This document shows positions 1 to 10,327 of a stretch of DNA of 64,000 nt, one piece after another. The translations under genes and the position numbers were made by a program. This DNA comes from Thermodesulfobacteriota bacterium (GTDB lineage: Bacteria > Desulfobacterota_D > UBA1144 > Nemesobacterales > JAJCZQ01). The stretch's first letter is position 1. Each line of letters opens with the position of its first letter. The notes below the pieces were generated by a model that was not told where the DNA came from, made no database searches, and saw only the letters and a list, made by a program, of their open reading frames with translations. The DNA lies in contig OZ244044.1 in NCBI GenBank assembly GCA_965215275.1, positions 64,001-128,000 on the forward strand, given 5' to 3'.

Positions 1-288
1 GTGACCGAAGATGGCAAGTGCTTCAAGATGGAACGTGGAACTTTGTCCCAGGACCGTCACCTGCCTTATGGAAATGTTCTCAAAGCTGTTCCTGACCCTT
101 ACTCTGGCTATACCTTGCAGTGTTACGCGTTTGTCGTTATCCGTTCGTACCTTATGGAGTATTTTATCCGTGTCAACGCTTTTGTAGCTTACCTGCTCAA
201 GACTTAAGGCGCATGAACCGGCCAGTACCACTACAAGTATTACGTAATAAAACCGCACGATGGAAAACCTGGGCCTCTCAGGTATCAT
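1..288 (-). CDS. Lipoprotein, LolB/DUF4292-like (5' part; runs off window edge)
   Basis: Hand translation MIPERPRFSIVRFYYVILVVVLAGSCALS...FHLEALAIFGH is open to the edge. It has a lipobox (LAGSC) and overlaps the TPR gene stop, as in the common TPR-lolB-ispE arrangement. Not in the ORF track. Confidence 0.6.
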   Translation of the reverse strand, partial: MIPERPRFSIVRFYYVILVVVLAGSCALSLEQVSYKSVDTDKILHKVRTDNDKRVTLQGIARVRVRNSFENISIRQVTVLGQSSTFHLEALAIFGH

Positions 289-2035
289 CTCTGTTAATAC
301 CCGTTATTTTGTTTTTCAGTCTCCGTTCAGCGTCTTCGCCGTCGATGTTTTCCCTGTTAGTTCTGATCAGCTCAAGAGCACGTTCATAGGTTCTGATCGC
401 TTTTATCTTATAGCCTTCCTTAAGGTAGGCGTCACCTAAATGCTCTCTGATCGTTGGGTTATCCGGGGAAAGCTCTGACGCCAGTTCGAGATGTTTAATT
501 GCCTCTGATAATCTTCCCTGTTTATAATAAACCCAGCCAAGGCTGTCGATTATGTATCCGGTGTTTGGAGAAAGCTTTATGGCTCTTTTTATATATTCTT
601 CAGCTTGCTTAAGATTAACGCCGTCATCAGCGTACGTGTAACCCAGGAAATTAAGTGCGTCAACGTGATCCGGGTTCAGGGATATTATACTTTTCATTAT
701 TTCGATGGATTTCTTTTTCTGGTCGTCGGAGAAGTACACAAAGGCCAGTAAATAAAGAATGTTTTCGTTACTGGGTTCCGTTTTTAAGTATTTTGAGTAT
801 ATATCCGTTGCCTTTTCATATCTTTTCTCTTTTTCATAAAGGCCACCCAGATAACTTATAATCAACTCGTTGTCTGGCAGTGCTGAATAAGCCGTTTCGA
901 GAATTTTCAGGGCCTCTGGCATATTGTCCGTCTGCTGTTCTATGAACGCCTGCTGAACCACTGAATCGTCATAGAACTCTGATGTAGCGGGAATATTCTT
1001 TAATATCTTCTGGGCGGTTTTATAATCTTTCTGTCCTAGGTGGCTCAGTGCTTTGTAGTATATGGACGTTTCATGTTCAGGTCTGAACTGCAGTATATAG
1101 TCCAGCTTCTCAATTGCCTGTGCAAACCTTTTGATCTTGAGATTCACCGCGGCGACCTTGAGTTTTATATCCAGGCTGTTCGGGTACAGCACCTCGGCGT
1201 TCTGTAACTGTTTCAGTGCTTCACTGTATTTCTTCATTTTGTATAGATAATTTCCATATTGTTCGTATACGTTGAGATTGTTCGGGTAATGCCTCAGCAG
1301 GGCTAAATAATGCTTTTCTGCTTTTTTAAAGTTACCCTGGGTTTCCTCTATGGACGCGAGAGCAAGTATTGCCACGAAGTTCTTTGGATTTACCTTCAGC
1401 AGTTTTAAGTACAGGGATTTGGCTTCCTGGATGTTCTTTTCCTTTATAAGTATCTCTGCCAGAAAAAGAAGGGCGTTCTCATCATCAGGATCAATGCTTA
1501 TGGTTTTTTTAAGAAAGGTCGCAGCTTTAGGATTATTTCCCTCTCTTATGTAATGCAGCGCCAGGAACAGGTACGAGTTTGCATCACTGGGGTCGATATC
1601 GATCGCCTTTCTGAAGTACCTTTCTGCCATTTTTTTGTCTTTTGTGTATGGAGAGGTCGAAACGATCTTTCCAAGGAGTTTGTACGACTCCAGGTGCCTG
1701 GGATTAAGTTTAATTGCCTGCTCCAGCTTCTTTTTTGCATCTGAAACACGATTTACCGCGGTATAAAGCTGTGCAAGAGCGTATTTTATATGAGGTGATC
1801 CTGGATCTGACCTTTCGGCGACCTTCATGTGTTTTATTGCCAGCCGCAGGTCATTATTGTGATAAGCAAGCATTGAGAGGGAAAAATTATAATAAGACCT
1901 GTAGGATCTTCCCTTGTATTGAGAGGTACCCCATTTTTTTATGACCGTGGTATCGTCGGTCCTGACAGGTGCACATGACACGAGCAGTACCATGGCGACA
2001 AAACCGCATAGGATGTAAGATAAATAGTTAGGCAT
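278..2035 (-). CDS. Tetratricopeptide-repeat lipoprotein
   Basis: Lipobox LLVSC, many TPR repeats, C-terminal ALNFLGYTYAD and IIDSLGWVYYK motifs. Confidence 0.9.
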   Translation of the reverse strand: MPNYLSYILCGFVAMVLLVSCAPVRTDDTTVIKKWGTSQYKGRSYRSYYNFSLSMLAYHNNDLRLAIKHMKVAERSDPGSPHIKYALAQLYTAVNRVSDAKKKLEQAIKLNPRHLESYKLLGKIVSTSPYTKDKKMAERYFRKAIDIDPSDANSYLFLALHYIREGNNPKAATFLKKTISIDPDDENALLFLAEILIKEKNIQEAKSLYLKLLKVNPKNFVAILALASIEETQGNFKKAEKHYLALLRHYPNNLNVYEQYGNYLYKMKKYSEALKQLQNAEVLYPNSLDIKLKVAAVNLKIKRFAQAIEKLDYILQFRPEHETSIYYKALSHLGQKDYKTAQKILKNIPATSEFYDDSVVQQAFIEQQTDNMPEALKILETAYSALPDNELIISYLGGLYEKEKRYEKATDIYSKYLKTEPSNENILYLLAFVYFSDDQKKKSIEIMKSIISLNPDHVDALNFLGYTYADDGVNLKQAEEYIKRAIKLSPNTGYIIDSLGWVYYKQGRLSEAIKHLELASELSPDNPTIREHLGDAYLKEGYKIKAIRTYERALELIRTNRENIDGEDAERRLKNKITGINRDDT

Positions 2036-2229
2036 GTTACTGTTCCTGCTGATCCCAGGTTTAGAATATCAATATAGTGAGGAAATAACAACGGCGTTAT
2101 CAATACTTGCGGACGTTACAAAGAGTTTAGATGGCAGGAATGGCAGTTCCCTGATGTTAAGGTAGTCAGTATATTCCTTTCTGCTTCACTGTAGTACGGC
2201 TTTTGTCTGATTGAAAATAGTTACGGCCG

Positions 2230-4338
2230 TTAAAACTTTGAAAAATCATATATACGGGAAAAAAGATCCTTTATTTCGTTAAGTAAGGCTAATCGGTTGT
2301 TCCTTAACTCCTTATCTTTATCCATTACCAGGACCGAATTAAAAAAGTTATCCACCGGTTTTCTTAAGGTTTTTATTCGGTTGAGTGCCTTTACGTGGTC
2401 TTCCATCGGTTTTCTTATTTTCTCGAGTGTTTTTATATGGTCCTTTACCGGATTTCTTATAGTTTTTATCTGACTGCGTACCTTTGTATATTCATCGTAA
2501 AGGATTTTTTCTGATCTGTCTTTAAAAAGGTCCATGTCTAACTTGGTCCTTGTTTTGTTTTTTGTAATATTCGCAATACGTTTGAAAACGGCTGTAAGTT
2601 CGTCAAAGCTTTTTTGTTTTTTAAATCTTTCCATAGCTCTTATTCTGTCGTGGCTGTCAAGAACGTTGTCAAAACCGGTTGAAAGCACTGAATCTATAAC
2701 GTCGTTCGAATAGCCTTTTTCCAGTGACAGGTTCTTAAATCTTTCGGAAACAAAGTTCATGATCTCAGGAAGGACCTTGTCCGTACTGGTCGTGGTGGTT
2801 ATTTCTTTCAGCACGGTACTGAACATGGTCTTCAGGTTAAAGTTCAGTTTCATCTTTAGAACGATCTGTATGATACCGATCGCCTGTCTTCTGAGTGCGT
2901 GAGGGTCGGCGGAACCAGTTGGTTTTAATCCGGTTGCAAAACAGCAGGATATGTTATCGACCTTATCTGCTATACTGAGCAGTGCACCTGTCTCCGTTCC
3001 GGGCAGGTTCCCGTCTCGTTCCCTGGGCATGTAGTGTTCTTCTATTGCCGTGGCGACCCCGGTCCTGACCCCTGATCTTTTAGCGTAGTGTTTACCCATG
3101 GTTCCCTGAAGTTCAGGGAGTTCAAACACCATTTTTGACACCAGGTCTGCCTTTGACAGATTTGCCGCTTCGATCAGACGGCTGACCAGATCAGGACCAT
3201 GATCTTTTGAATATACTGCGAGTTTTTCTGCAACCTTCTTTAATCTTTCCGTTTTTTTATAGTAACTTCCGACACCGGAGAGAAATACCATATCTTTAAG
3301 CTGGACCAGATTGTTCTCCAGTGGTTTTTTTATATCCTCGTTCCAGAAAAACTCCGCGTCCCTGAACCTTGCTCTTAAAACCCTTTCATTGCCTTTCACT
3401 ACGTGTTCGTTATTTACAACGCGGGTACCGCAGACAAAGATAAAACAGGGCAGGAGCTTTCCGGATCTTGAGGACACGGGAAAATATTTCTGGTGTTTCT
3501 GCATCACGCTTATAAGGACTTCCTTGGGTATTTTGAGAAAGCTCTTTTCAAACGTTCCGTAAAGCACGACCGGACGTTCGACCAGGTTTGTGACCGTGTT
3601 GACGAGTTCTTCATTTTTTTCAGCCGTTCCGCCCAGTTCCGATGCCAGCCTTTGTACCTCATCTTCTATGAATTTTTTTCTTTCAGATTGATCCAGAAGT
3701 ACGTCCCTTTTTTTCAGTTGGTCCATATAGTCGTTCCAGCTTTTGGGTGAGAAGGGTCCTGGTGAAAGGAACCTGTGACCGTAGCTTTTCAAGCCGCTTT
3801 TTATATCCTCCAGTTCGAATACGAGTCTTTTAGTATTGTAGACGCACATTATCCACCTTATGGGCCTTGCAAAAGTCATTTTTCCGCAGCCCCACCTCAT
3901 TGATCTTTTAAAGCGGACCGAACTGATTACCTTCGGAAGAACGGTCTTTAGGACCTCACTGGTCTTTCTTCCTCTGATCTTCTTTTTAAACGTGAGGAAC
4001 TCCCCGTTATCTCGCCTGACCACGTCAAGCTGATCAACGCCTATCCCGTGGGACCTTGCAAACCCGAGAGCTGCTTTAGTGGGTCTTCCGTCACTGTCGA
4101 AGGCTGTTTTTTTCGGTGGACCGAAGTTTTCAACTGTTTTTTCCTTCTGGTCCGGCAAAAGGCCGGAGACCCTTACCGCTAACCTCCTGGGAGTATAAAG
4201 GACTTCTGTGCTTTTGAACGTAAGTAAGTTCTTTTCAAGCTCCTTACCTATTAATGCATCTATGTCTTTTGCGTACTCTTCTAGGAACAGGGCAGGGATC
4301 TCCTCACTTCCTATTTCAAGCATCAGTTCATTTTTCAT
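2230..4338 (-). CDS. glyS: Glycine--tRNA ligase beta subunit
   Basis: [30 protein letters not shown] and [12 protein letters not shown] motifs; overlaps glyQ. Confidence 0.97.
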   Translation of the reverse strand: MKNELMLEIGSEEIPALFLEEYAKDIDALIGKELEKNLLTFKSTEVLYTPRRLAVRVSGLLPDQKEKTVENFGPPKKTAFDSDGRPTKAALGFARSHGIGVDQLDVVRRDNGEFLTFKKKIRGRKTSEVLKTVLPKVISSVRFKRSMRWGCGKMTFARPIRWIMCVYNTKRLVFELEDIKSGLKSYGHRFLSPGPFSPKSWNDYMDQLKKRDVLLDQSERKKFIEDEVQRLASELGGTAEKNEELVNTVTNLVERPVVLYGTFEKSFLKIPKEVLISVMQKHQKYFPVSSRSGKLLPCFIFVCGTRVVNNEHVVKGNERVLRARFRDAEFFWNEDIKKPLENNLVQLKDMVFLSGVGSYYKKTERLKKVAEKLAVYSKDHGPDLVSRLIEAANLSKADLVSKMVFELPELQGTMGKHYAKRSGVRTGVATAIEEHYMPRERDGNLPGTETGALLSIADKVDNISCCFATGLKPTGSADPHALRRQAIGIIQIVLKMKLNFNLKTMFSTVLKEITTTTSTDKVLPEIMNFVSERFKNLSLEKGYSNDVIDSVLSTGFDNVLDSHDRIRAMERFKKQKSFDELTAVFKRIANITKNKTRTKLDMDLFKDRSEKILYDEYTKVRSQIKTIRNPVKDHIKTLEKIRKPMEDHVKALNRIKTLRKPVDNFFNSVLVMDKDKELRNNRLALLNEIKDLFSRIYDFSKF

Positions 4339-5209
4339 CTTTGTCCCTTAGCAGAGGAAAGCTTAGCTTCTGTCTGTTTTGCAGGTAGGATTCGGCACAC
4401 ATGTTAGCAATACTTCTCACTCGGGCAATATAACTGGCCCGCTCCGAGACGCCGATCGCTCCCCTTGCATCTAACAGATTGAAAGTATGGGAGGATTTCA
4501 GACAGTACTCATAAGCCGGTATAGGCAGTTCTTCTTCGATCAGCCTCTTACACTCTGATTCGAACTTTGTGAACATATCTGCTAACATATCAGGGTCGGA
4601 CAGTTCAAAGTTGTATTTTGAGGACTGCAGTTCGTTCTGATGAAAGATCTCTCCATACGTTATCTCGTCGGTCCATTTAAGATTAAAAACGTTATCAACC
4701 CCTTGCAGGTACATGGCGATCCTTTCCGTTCCATAAGTTATCTCGGCAGAAACGGGGTCTAGGTCAATACCCCCGGCCTGCTGAAAGTAGGTGAACTGGG
4801 TTATTTCCATCCCGTCAAGCCAGACTTCCCAGCCCAGCCCCCATGCACCAAGGGTCGGGGACTCCCAGTCATCTTCCACGAACCTTATATCGTGCTCAAG
4901 CGGGTCTATTCCCAGGAACTTAAGACTGTCCAGATAAAGCTGCTGAATATTCGCTGGTGATGGTTTTATCAGGACCTGAAATTGGTAGTAATGCTGAAGA
5001 CGGTTCGGGTTATCTCCATATCTTCCGTCAGCCGGTCGTCTTGATGGTTCAACGTAAGCCACGCTCCAGGGCTCTGGTCCCAGACATCTTAAGAAAGTGG
5101 CAGGATTAAAGGTTCCTGCACCCTTTTCAGTGTCATAGGGCTGAACTATTATACAACCCTTTTTTACCCAAAAATTTTGCAGATTAATTATCAGTTCTTG
5201 AAAGTTCAT
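4328..5209 (-). CDS. glyQ: Glycine--tRNA ligase alpha subunit
   Basis: [27 protein letters not shown] and [12 protein letters not shown] motifs. Confidence 0.99.
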   Translation of the reverse strand: MNFQELIINLQNFWVKKGCIIVQPYDTEKGAGTFNPATFLRCLGPEPWSVAYVEPSRRPADGRYGDNPNRLQHYYQFQVLIKPSPANIQQLYLDSLKFLGIDPLEHDIRFVEDDWESPTLGAWGLGWEVWLDGMEITQFTYFQQAGGIDLDPVSAEITYGTERIAMYLQGVDNVFNLKWTDEITYGEIFHQNELQSSKYNFELSDPDMLADMFTKFESECKRLIEEELPIPAYEYCLKSSHTFNLLDARGAIGVSERASYIARVRSIANMCAESYLQNRQKLSFPLLRDKDEK

Positions 5210-5574
5210 TGTGCAGGTTAGTTAAAGGGAATTATATACAAACTGCTCTGAAAATATAACTGACCGTTTAAAATACTATAATTATTTCCTACGGCTTGCT
5301 GAAATGATCTGTCTGCTTGATCTGCTGAAAAGTTATTGGTCCTGATCAGAAATCCCATCAGACGGGCAAGAGGTAAACAAAGATTCAAACAGAAGATGAA
5401 GGTATTAAGAGCGGTCGGCAGATCTGATTTATGCGTGTTGCTTGATAAATATGGATTATAGGGAAAACAGTATATGATCCATGAACTTTGTAATAGACAC
5501 CGGATATATCTGCTTGACAGATCTTTATAATGTTTTTTTCCATCCTGTATTTTCATTCATAGTTCATTATATTA

Positions 5575-5603
5575 TTGACATATTTACAAAGTTGTAAGAA
5601 AAT
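5575..5603 (+). promoter_or_regulatory. Putative sigma70 promoter for tRNA-Val/thrS
   Basis: TTGACA-17 bp-GAAAAT, 18 bp upstream of the tRNA. Confidence 0.5.
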
Positions 5604-5621
5604 AGCTGCTTGTTTTTCTCA

Positions 5622-5696
5622 GAGTGCGTAGCTCAGAGGGAGAGCGCTTGCTTGACATGCAAGAGGTCGCAGGTTCAAATCCTGCCGTGCTCACCA
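5622..5696 (+). tRNA. tRNA-Val (GAC)
   Basis: Acceptor stem GAGTGCG/CGTGCTC, D arm TAGCTCAG, anticodon arm CTTGC-TTGACAT-GCAAG, T loop GGTTCAAATCC, encoded CCA. Confidence 0.97.
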
Positions 5697-5716
5697 TATT
5701 TGGGAACTGTCAACTT

Positions 5717-7624
5717 ATGAAGATCAGTATTAAAGATGGTGAAGAAAGGGATTTTCCACCTGGCTTGAGCATTGGGGATATTCTGGATGCCTTCGGGTTA
5801 AAAGATGACTGCATCGGGGCCAAAGTAGATGGAGTTATTGTGGACCTCTGGCACAACGTTGAGGGAGATTCTGAAATCGAACTGGTAAGAAGCAGGTCCG
5901 AGGATGGTCTGCACCTTATAAGGCATACAGCTGCACATGTTATGGCCGAGGCGGTACAGTCCCTTTATCCAGAAGCTAAGGTAACCATAGGTCCTGTAAT
6001 TGAGAATGGATTTTATTATGATTTTGATCTTTCAAGGGGTTTTACTCCTCAGGACCTGGAAAAGATAGAAGAACGTATGGAGGAAATAATTGCGGAGAAC
6101 AGGCCAGTTACCAGAAGGACGGTCTCAAGGGAAGAGGCAGTTGATATATTTACCAGGAATGGCGAGAGCTATAAAGTTGAAATAATCAAGGACCTGCCTG
6201 CAGGTGAGAGTATTACGATCTACGATCAGCAGACCTGGTATGATCTGTGCAGGGGTCCCCATGCTCCGTCAACGGGACTTGTGAGCTCTTTCAGGCTTAC
6301 CGGTTCTGCCGGTGCTTACTGGAGGGGTAATGAGAACAACCCCATGCTTCAGAGGATCTACGGCACTGCGTTCTGGGACAGAAAGGGGCTCAGGAAACAC
6401 CTTGATCAGCTTGAGGAGGCAAAAAAAAGGGACCATCGCAAACTTGGTAAGGACCTTGATCTGTTCAGTATACAGGATGAGGTCGGTTCAGGACTTGTGC
6501 TTTGGCATCCCAGGGGCGCCAGAGTAAGAAAGGTGATTGAGGATTTCTGGCGACGGCAGCATGACAGAGCTGGTTATGAAATACTTTTTACCCCTCACGT
6601 TGCCAGGCTTGATTTGTGGGATACGAGCGGTCACACGGACTTTTACAGTGAGAATATGTTCTCTCCGATGGAGATGGGGAATTTAAAATATCAGATAAAG
6701 CCAATGAACTGCCCATTTCATATAATGATCTACAAAAGTAAAGTAAGAAGCTATCGTGACCTGCCTTTAAGATGGGCGGAGATCGGAACCGTTTACAGAT
6801 ATGAGAAGTCCGGAGTTCTTCACGGGCTGCTTCGTATACGTGGTTTTTCTCAGGATGATGCACACATATTCTGCATGCCCGATCAGCTTAAGGATGAAGT
6901 TATCGGTGTTATGAACCTGACGATAAGTTTTCTGAAGACCTTTGGGTTCAGCGACTATGAGATCTATTTATCTACAAGTCCGAAGAAGTTCATAGGGGTT
7001 GAGGAGGACTGGAGAGAGGCAACGGATGCGATCAGAGAAGCTTTGGAAACCCTTGAACTGGATTATGAGGTTGATGAAGGTGGAGGGGCGTTTTACGGAC
7101 CAAAGATAGACCTTAAAATTAAAGATGTACTTGGAAGGTCCTGGCAATGTTCGACGGTCCAGGTGGATTTCAATCTTCCAAAGAGATTTGACATGAACTT
7201 TGTAGGTGATGATAATACTCGCCATACTCCTATAATGATCCACAGGGCAGTTTTTGGGTCTATAGAGAGGTTCTTTGGAATACTGATAGAGCATTACGGT
7301 GGAGCGTTCCCATTCTGGTTGAACCCTGAGCAGGTCAGGGTTGTAACTGTGGCGGAAGTTCATAATGTTTATGCCGAAAGTGTCTGTAACGAATTAAAGG
7401 CTTTAAACTTCAGGGTAGAAAAGGACCTTAGAAATGAAAAGCTTGGATATAAGATCAGAGAAGCAGAGAACATGAAGGTTCCTTATACACTGATAATAGG
7501 ATCTGAAGAAGTCAAGTCTCAGACCGTGTCTCCAAGAATGCATGGAGGAGAGAAGTTAAGTTCAATGAGCCTTAGTGACTTTATTGAAATAATACGGAAA
7601 GAGAACCAGATAACTTTATCTTGA
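5717..7624 (+). CDS. thrS: Threonine--tRNA ligase
   Basis: TGS domain, HTAAH, DLCRGPH, KPMNCP and GAFYGPKID motifs. Start moved to ATG 5717 because the track start lies inside the tRNA. Confidence 0.98.
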   Translation: MKISIKDGEERDFPPGLSIGDILDAFGLKDDCIGAKVDGVIVDLWHNVEGDSEIELVRSRSEDGLHLIRHTAAHVMAEAVQSLYPEAKVTIGPVIENGFYYDFDLSRGFTPQDLEKIEERMEEIIAENRPVTRRTVSREEAVDIFTRNGESYKVEIIKDLPAGESITIYDQQTWYDLCRGPHAPSTGLVSSFRLTGSAGAYWRGNENNPMLQRIYGTAFWDRKGLRKHLDQLEEAKKRDHRKLGKDLDLFSIQDEVGSGLVLWHPRGARVRKVIEDFWRRQHDRAGYEILFTPHVARLDLWDTSGHTDFYSENMFSPMEMGNLKYQIKPMNCPFHIMIYKSKVRSYRDLPLRWAEIGTVYRYEKSGVLHGLLRIRGFSQDDAHIFCMPDQLKDEVIGVMNLTISFLKTFGFSDYEIYLSTSPKKFIGVEEDWREATDAIREALETLELDYEVDEGGGAFYGPKIDLKIKDVLGRSWQCSTVQVDFNLPKRFDMNFVGDDNTRHTPIMIHRAVFGSIERFFGILIEHYGGAFPFWLNPEQVRVVTVAEVHNVYAESVCNELKALNFRVEKDLRNEKLGYKIREAENMKVPYTLIIGSEEVKSQTVSPRMHGGEKLSSMSLSDFIEIIRKENQITLS

Positions 7625-7683
7625 GATAAATAACGGTTATATAGATGTTATTGGTGTTTTTGTGTAATATAGTTAATATAGTA

Positions 7684-7712
7684 TTGACAAGAAATAGTAA
7701 ATGTGATAAATA
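7684..7712 (+). promoter_or_regulatory. Putative promoter of Cache-like lipoprotein copy 1
   Basis: TTGACA followed by ATGTGATA; the same arrangement is conserved before copy 2 (TTGACA at 29994). The -10 match is weak. Confidence 0.4.
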
Positions 7713-7742
7713 CTGATATAAGAATAAGTTGGAGGAGAAATT

Positions 7743-9074
7743 ATGAAAAAGATTTTCGTTCTGTTGTTGATGCTTACTTTGTTTTTTACCGTTTCATGTG
7801 ATGATGACGACGGAGGTGTGCAAGGTGAAGCAATACCAAGAAACAGTGTGTTAATTTTCCATCCTAATCCTGACGGTGACGAAGATGTTGAAAGGGATGT
7901 AACAGGGTTGGAGGAATACGGAAAAGAAGATGTACGTGTCTTTGACAAATTCAGGGATGTCCTGTCTACAGGCAATTCAGGTTGGGCTGCTTATAGATGG
8001 AGTTCTGATCATGCTGCTAGTGCTGCTGGTGATGATACTGCCGATACTGCGGATTGTAATGGTGCCTATAAGGTTTCTTACTTGGAAAGAGCGGCAGAAA
8101 ATGCTTATCGTTTTGTAGGGGCAGGGATCTGTCTTGATGGCCGCACTATTGATAACATTTATACCGATGGTACCTATGACGGTAAAGATGAGGACCCCCC
8201 TGGTGATCCAACCGGTATCCCTCATACCGACGCCAGAATTGCAAATCTGCAAAAACTGGTTGATGATACTACACTACTTGTAGATAATATTTCTCATCCT
8301 TCTAGCGATACCATTATTAATGATAAAATTACTGAGACTTGTGGTACACATTCTACTCCAACGGCTATAGGCAGCATAACTGATATAAACAATGAAAATG
8401 GAGAACTTTACCTGTTTATAGCAGAGGTAGAAGTAGATGGTACATTAGTATCTTCAGTAGTGTCTTCAGTAGAAGTCTTATGTCATCCTGATTCAGACAT
8501 AGAAAGCACAGATATATACGAAGCTACGGATGATTCTGGAAGGGCGTATATAAAAGAAGTAGTAGATGAGCTATTTAGCTTAGAAATTATTCATGACCCA
8601 GAAACATTAAAGGACCAGTTCAATGACCATGTAGATGAAGGTGTCTGGAGTGTACACACGGCTCCAAAACTTAACGAAGCAGGAAACGCCCTGGAGTCTG
8701 ATACTTTGAATGATCCACCTAAGCTCAGTTATTTCAGGATATCTGGTAACATTATTAATGACGACTATGATCCTGAAGCTGCAACTATAGATCCAGCGAA
8801 CTTAAGACGATTTATAGTAGGTGCAGGGATATATCTGGACGAAAATAACGAGAATGCTGCCGATGGTGTAGAACTTGAAGGAATTAGAAGCAGGGTCAAA
8901 GAGCATGCTGGAGTCTTGTTAGAGGCGGAGGCAGAAGCGGAAGCAGCAGAGGAAGAATTTAACAGTGACGGTACGTTCTTTGATAATGATGACGGAAACG
9001 TAGACGACACTGATTTTTATTCGACAGCTATGTTAGAGGAAGAGGAATACATTTTTGTCTGGGAAAATCGGTAA
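7743..9074 (+). CDS. Acidic lipoprotein with tandem Cache (sCache_2-like) motifs, copy 1
   Basis: RBS GGAGG; lipobox FTVSC-DDDD; Cache-like motifs GELYLFI, CHPD, DDSGRAYIKE, SGWAAYRW, KVSY/KLSY and FIVGAGIY. Confidence 0.75.
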   Translation: MKKIFVLLLMLTLFFTVSCDDDDGGVQGEAIPRNSVLIFHPNPDGDEDVERDVTGLEEYGKEDVRVFDKFRDVLSTGNSGWAAYRWSSDHAASAAGDDTADTADCNGAYKVSYLERAAENAYRFVGAGICLDGRTIDNIYTDGTYDGKDEDPPGDPTGIPHTDARIANLQKLVDDTTLLVDNISHPSSDTIINDKITETCGTHSTPTAIGSITDINNENGELYLFIAEVEVDGTLVSSVVSSVEVLCHPDSDIESTDIYEATDDSGRAYIKEVVDELFSLEIIHDPETLKDQFNDHVDEGVWSVHTAPKLNEAGNALESDTLNDPPKLSYFRISGNIINDDYDPEAATIDPANLRRFIVGAGIYLDENNENAADGVELEGIRSRVKEHAGVLLEAEAEAEAAEEEFNSDGTFFDNDDGNVDDTDFYSTAMLEEEEYIFVWENR

Positions 9075-9141
9075 TTCCCGTTAGTTTTTCATTCTCGAGC
9101 GATCAGCAAGAGATGATGTGACGGATGTATTAGAAGAATGC

Positions 9142-9191
9142 AAGCAGGGTTAATTGAGTGTCATCCTGACGGTCAGTTAACCCTGTTTTTT
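9142..9191 (+). terminator. Long-stem intrinsic terminator
   Basis: CAGGGTTAATTGA-G-TGTCA-TCC-TGACG-G-TCAGTTAACCCTG followed by T6. Confidence 0.8.
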
Positions 9192-9554
9192 GTTGTGTGT
9201 GTGAATATATTTAATATCTATAAACTTATGGATGGTTTTGGCAAAGGAGCACACACAAGGTTGGTATTAGATATCAGAGGCAGTAGAGGAACTGAAAAGC
9301 ATTACTGATACTTGATGAAATGCATAAAAAGTTGAAAGTGCATTTGAGTAATCAGAACTAATAAGGTAGTATATCACTGTAATGGTTCGGTATGTAACCG
9401 GGGGATGGTATTCTTATTAAACTCTTATATAATGGATAAACTGGAATATAGGGTATGAACTGGTGTTTGAGAACAGGTAATACATACCGCGATGTAAACT
9501 TATTTAAGTGATAAAACGGGTGACTAAAACGGATATTATTGGAGGTAAAGCGGT

Positions 9555-10097
9555 ATAGCAAGGTATAGGGGTAATTATCAATCTAACAGGACCCCTGAGA
9601 CCAGAGTTAATTCAAGGATCAGGGTACCAGAAGTAAGGCTTATTGACGTTGATGGAGCACAGTTAGGGGTTGTGAACACTCAGGATGCCTTGGGAAGAGC
9701 TAAAGAGCAAGGGGTTGATCTGGTGGAGGTGGCTTCCAGTGCAAGCCCGCCGGTTTGCAGGTTGATGGATTATGGTAAGTATAAATACGAACAAAAGAAG
9801 AATCAGGCTTTAAAGAAGCAAAAGAGCCAAACTACCAAAGAGATAAAAATGCGACCGAATATCGGGGTAGGGGATTTAAATGTAAAGCTGAACCGTATCA
9901 GAGAGTTCCTTAACAATGGACATAAAACAAAGATCAGGATATTTTTCAGAGGAAGAGAGATCATTCACACTGACATAGGACGTCGGCTGGCGGAAAGGGT
10001 GTATGAGGAACTCAAGGAGATCTCAACCATAGAACTGGAGACAAAACTGGAAGGGAAGAACTTAATAATGGTTTTATCACCGATGAGGAAGAATTGA
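9555..10097 (+). CDS. infC: Translation initiation factor IF-3 (non-canonical ATA start)
   Basis: RVNSRIRVPEVRLID and PPVCRLMDYGKYKYE motifs. GGAGG at 9541 is followed by in-frame ATA at 9555, just after an in-frame stop. Confidence 0.93.
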   Translation: MARYRGNYQSNRTPETRVNSRIRVPEVRLIDVDGAQLGVVNTQDALGRAKEQGVDLVEVASSASPPVCRLMDYGKYKYEQKKNQALKKQKSQTTKEIKMRPNIGVGDLNVKLNRIREFLNNGHKTKIRIFFRGREIIHTDIGRRLAERVYEELKEISTIELETKLEGKNLIMVLSPMRKN

Positions 10098-10103
10098 GAA
10101 AAA

Positions 10104-10307
10104 ATGGCAAAGATAAAAATGAAGACCAACAGGAGTGCGGCCAAGAGATTTACATTCAATGCCGGTGGAAAGATAAAGAGGAACAGAGGCGGGGGCAGTC
10201 ATTTAAACGCTAAGAAGAGTGCAAAAAGAAAGAGGAGATTGAACGGGAAGGTCTACCTGGAAGGCAGCAGTGCAATAAGGATAAAAAGTTACGTTCTTAA
10301 TGTGTAG
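10104..10307 (+). CDS. rpmI: 50S ribosomal protein L35
   Basis: KMKTNRSAAKRF; lies between infC and rplT. Confidence 0.97.
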   Translation: MAKIKMKTNRSAAKRFTFNAGGKIKRNRGGGSHLNAKKSAKRKRRLNGKVYLEGSSAIRIKSYVLNV

Positions 10308-10327
10308 GTTTTTACAGGAGCTGGTAT

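Noticed and set aside
5218..5556. 112-aa minus-strand ORF upstream of glyQ
   Set aside because: No recognisable motifs and atypical composition; may be eroded DNA; not RecO-like by eye
5624..5716. N-terminal extension of ThrS in the ORF track
   Set aside because: It is the tRNA-Val sequence read in frame
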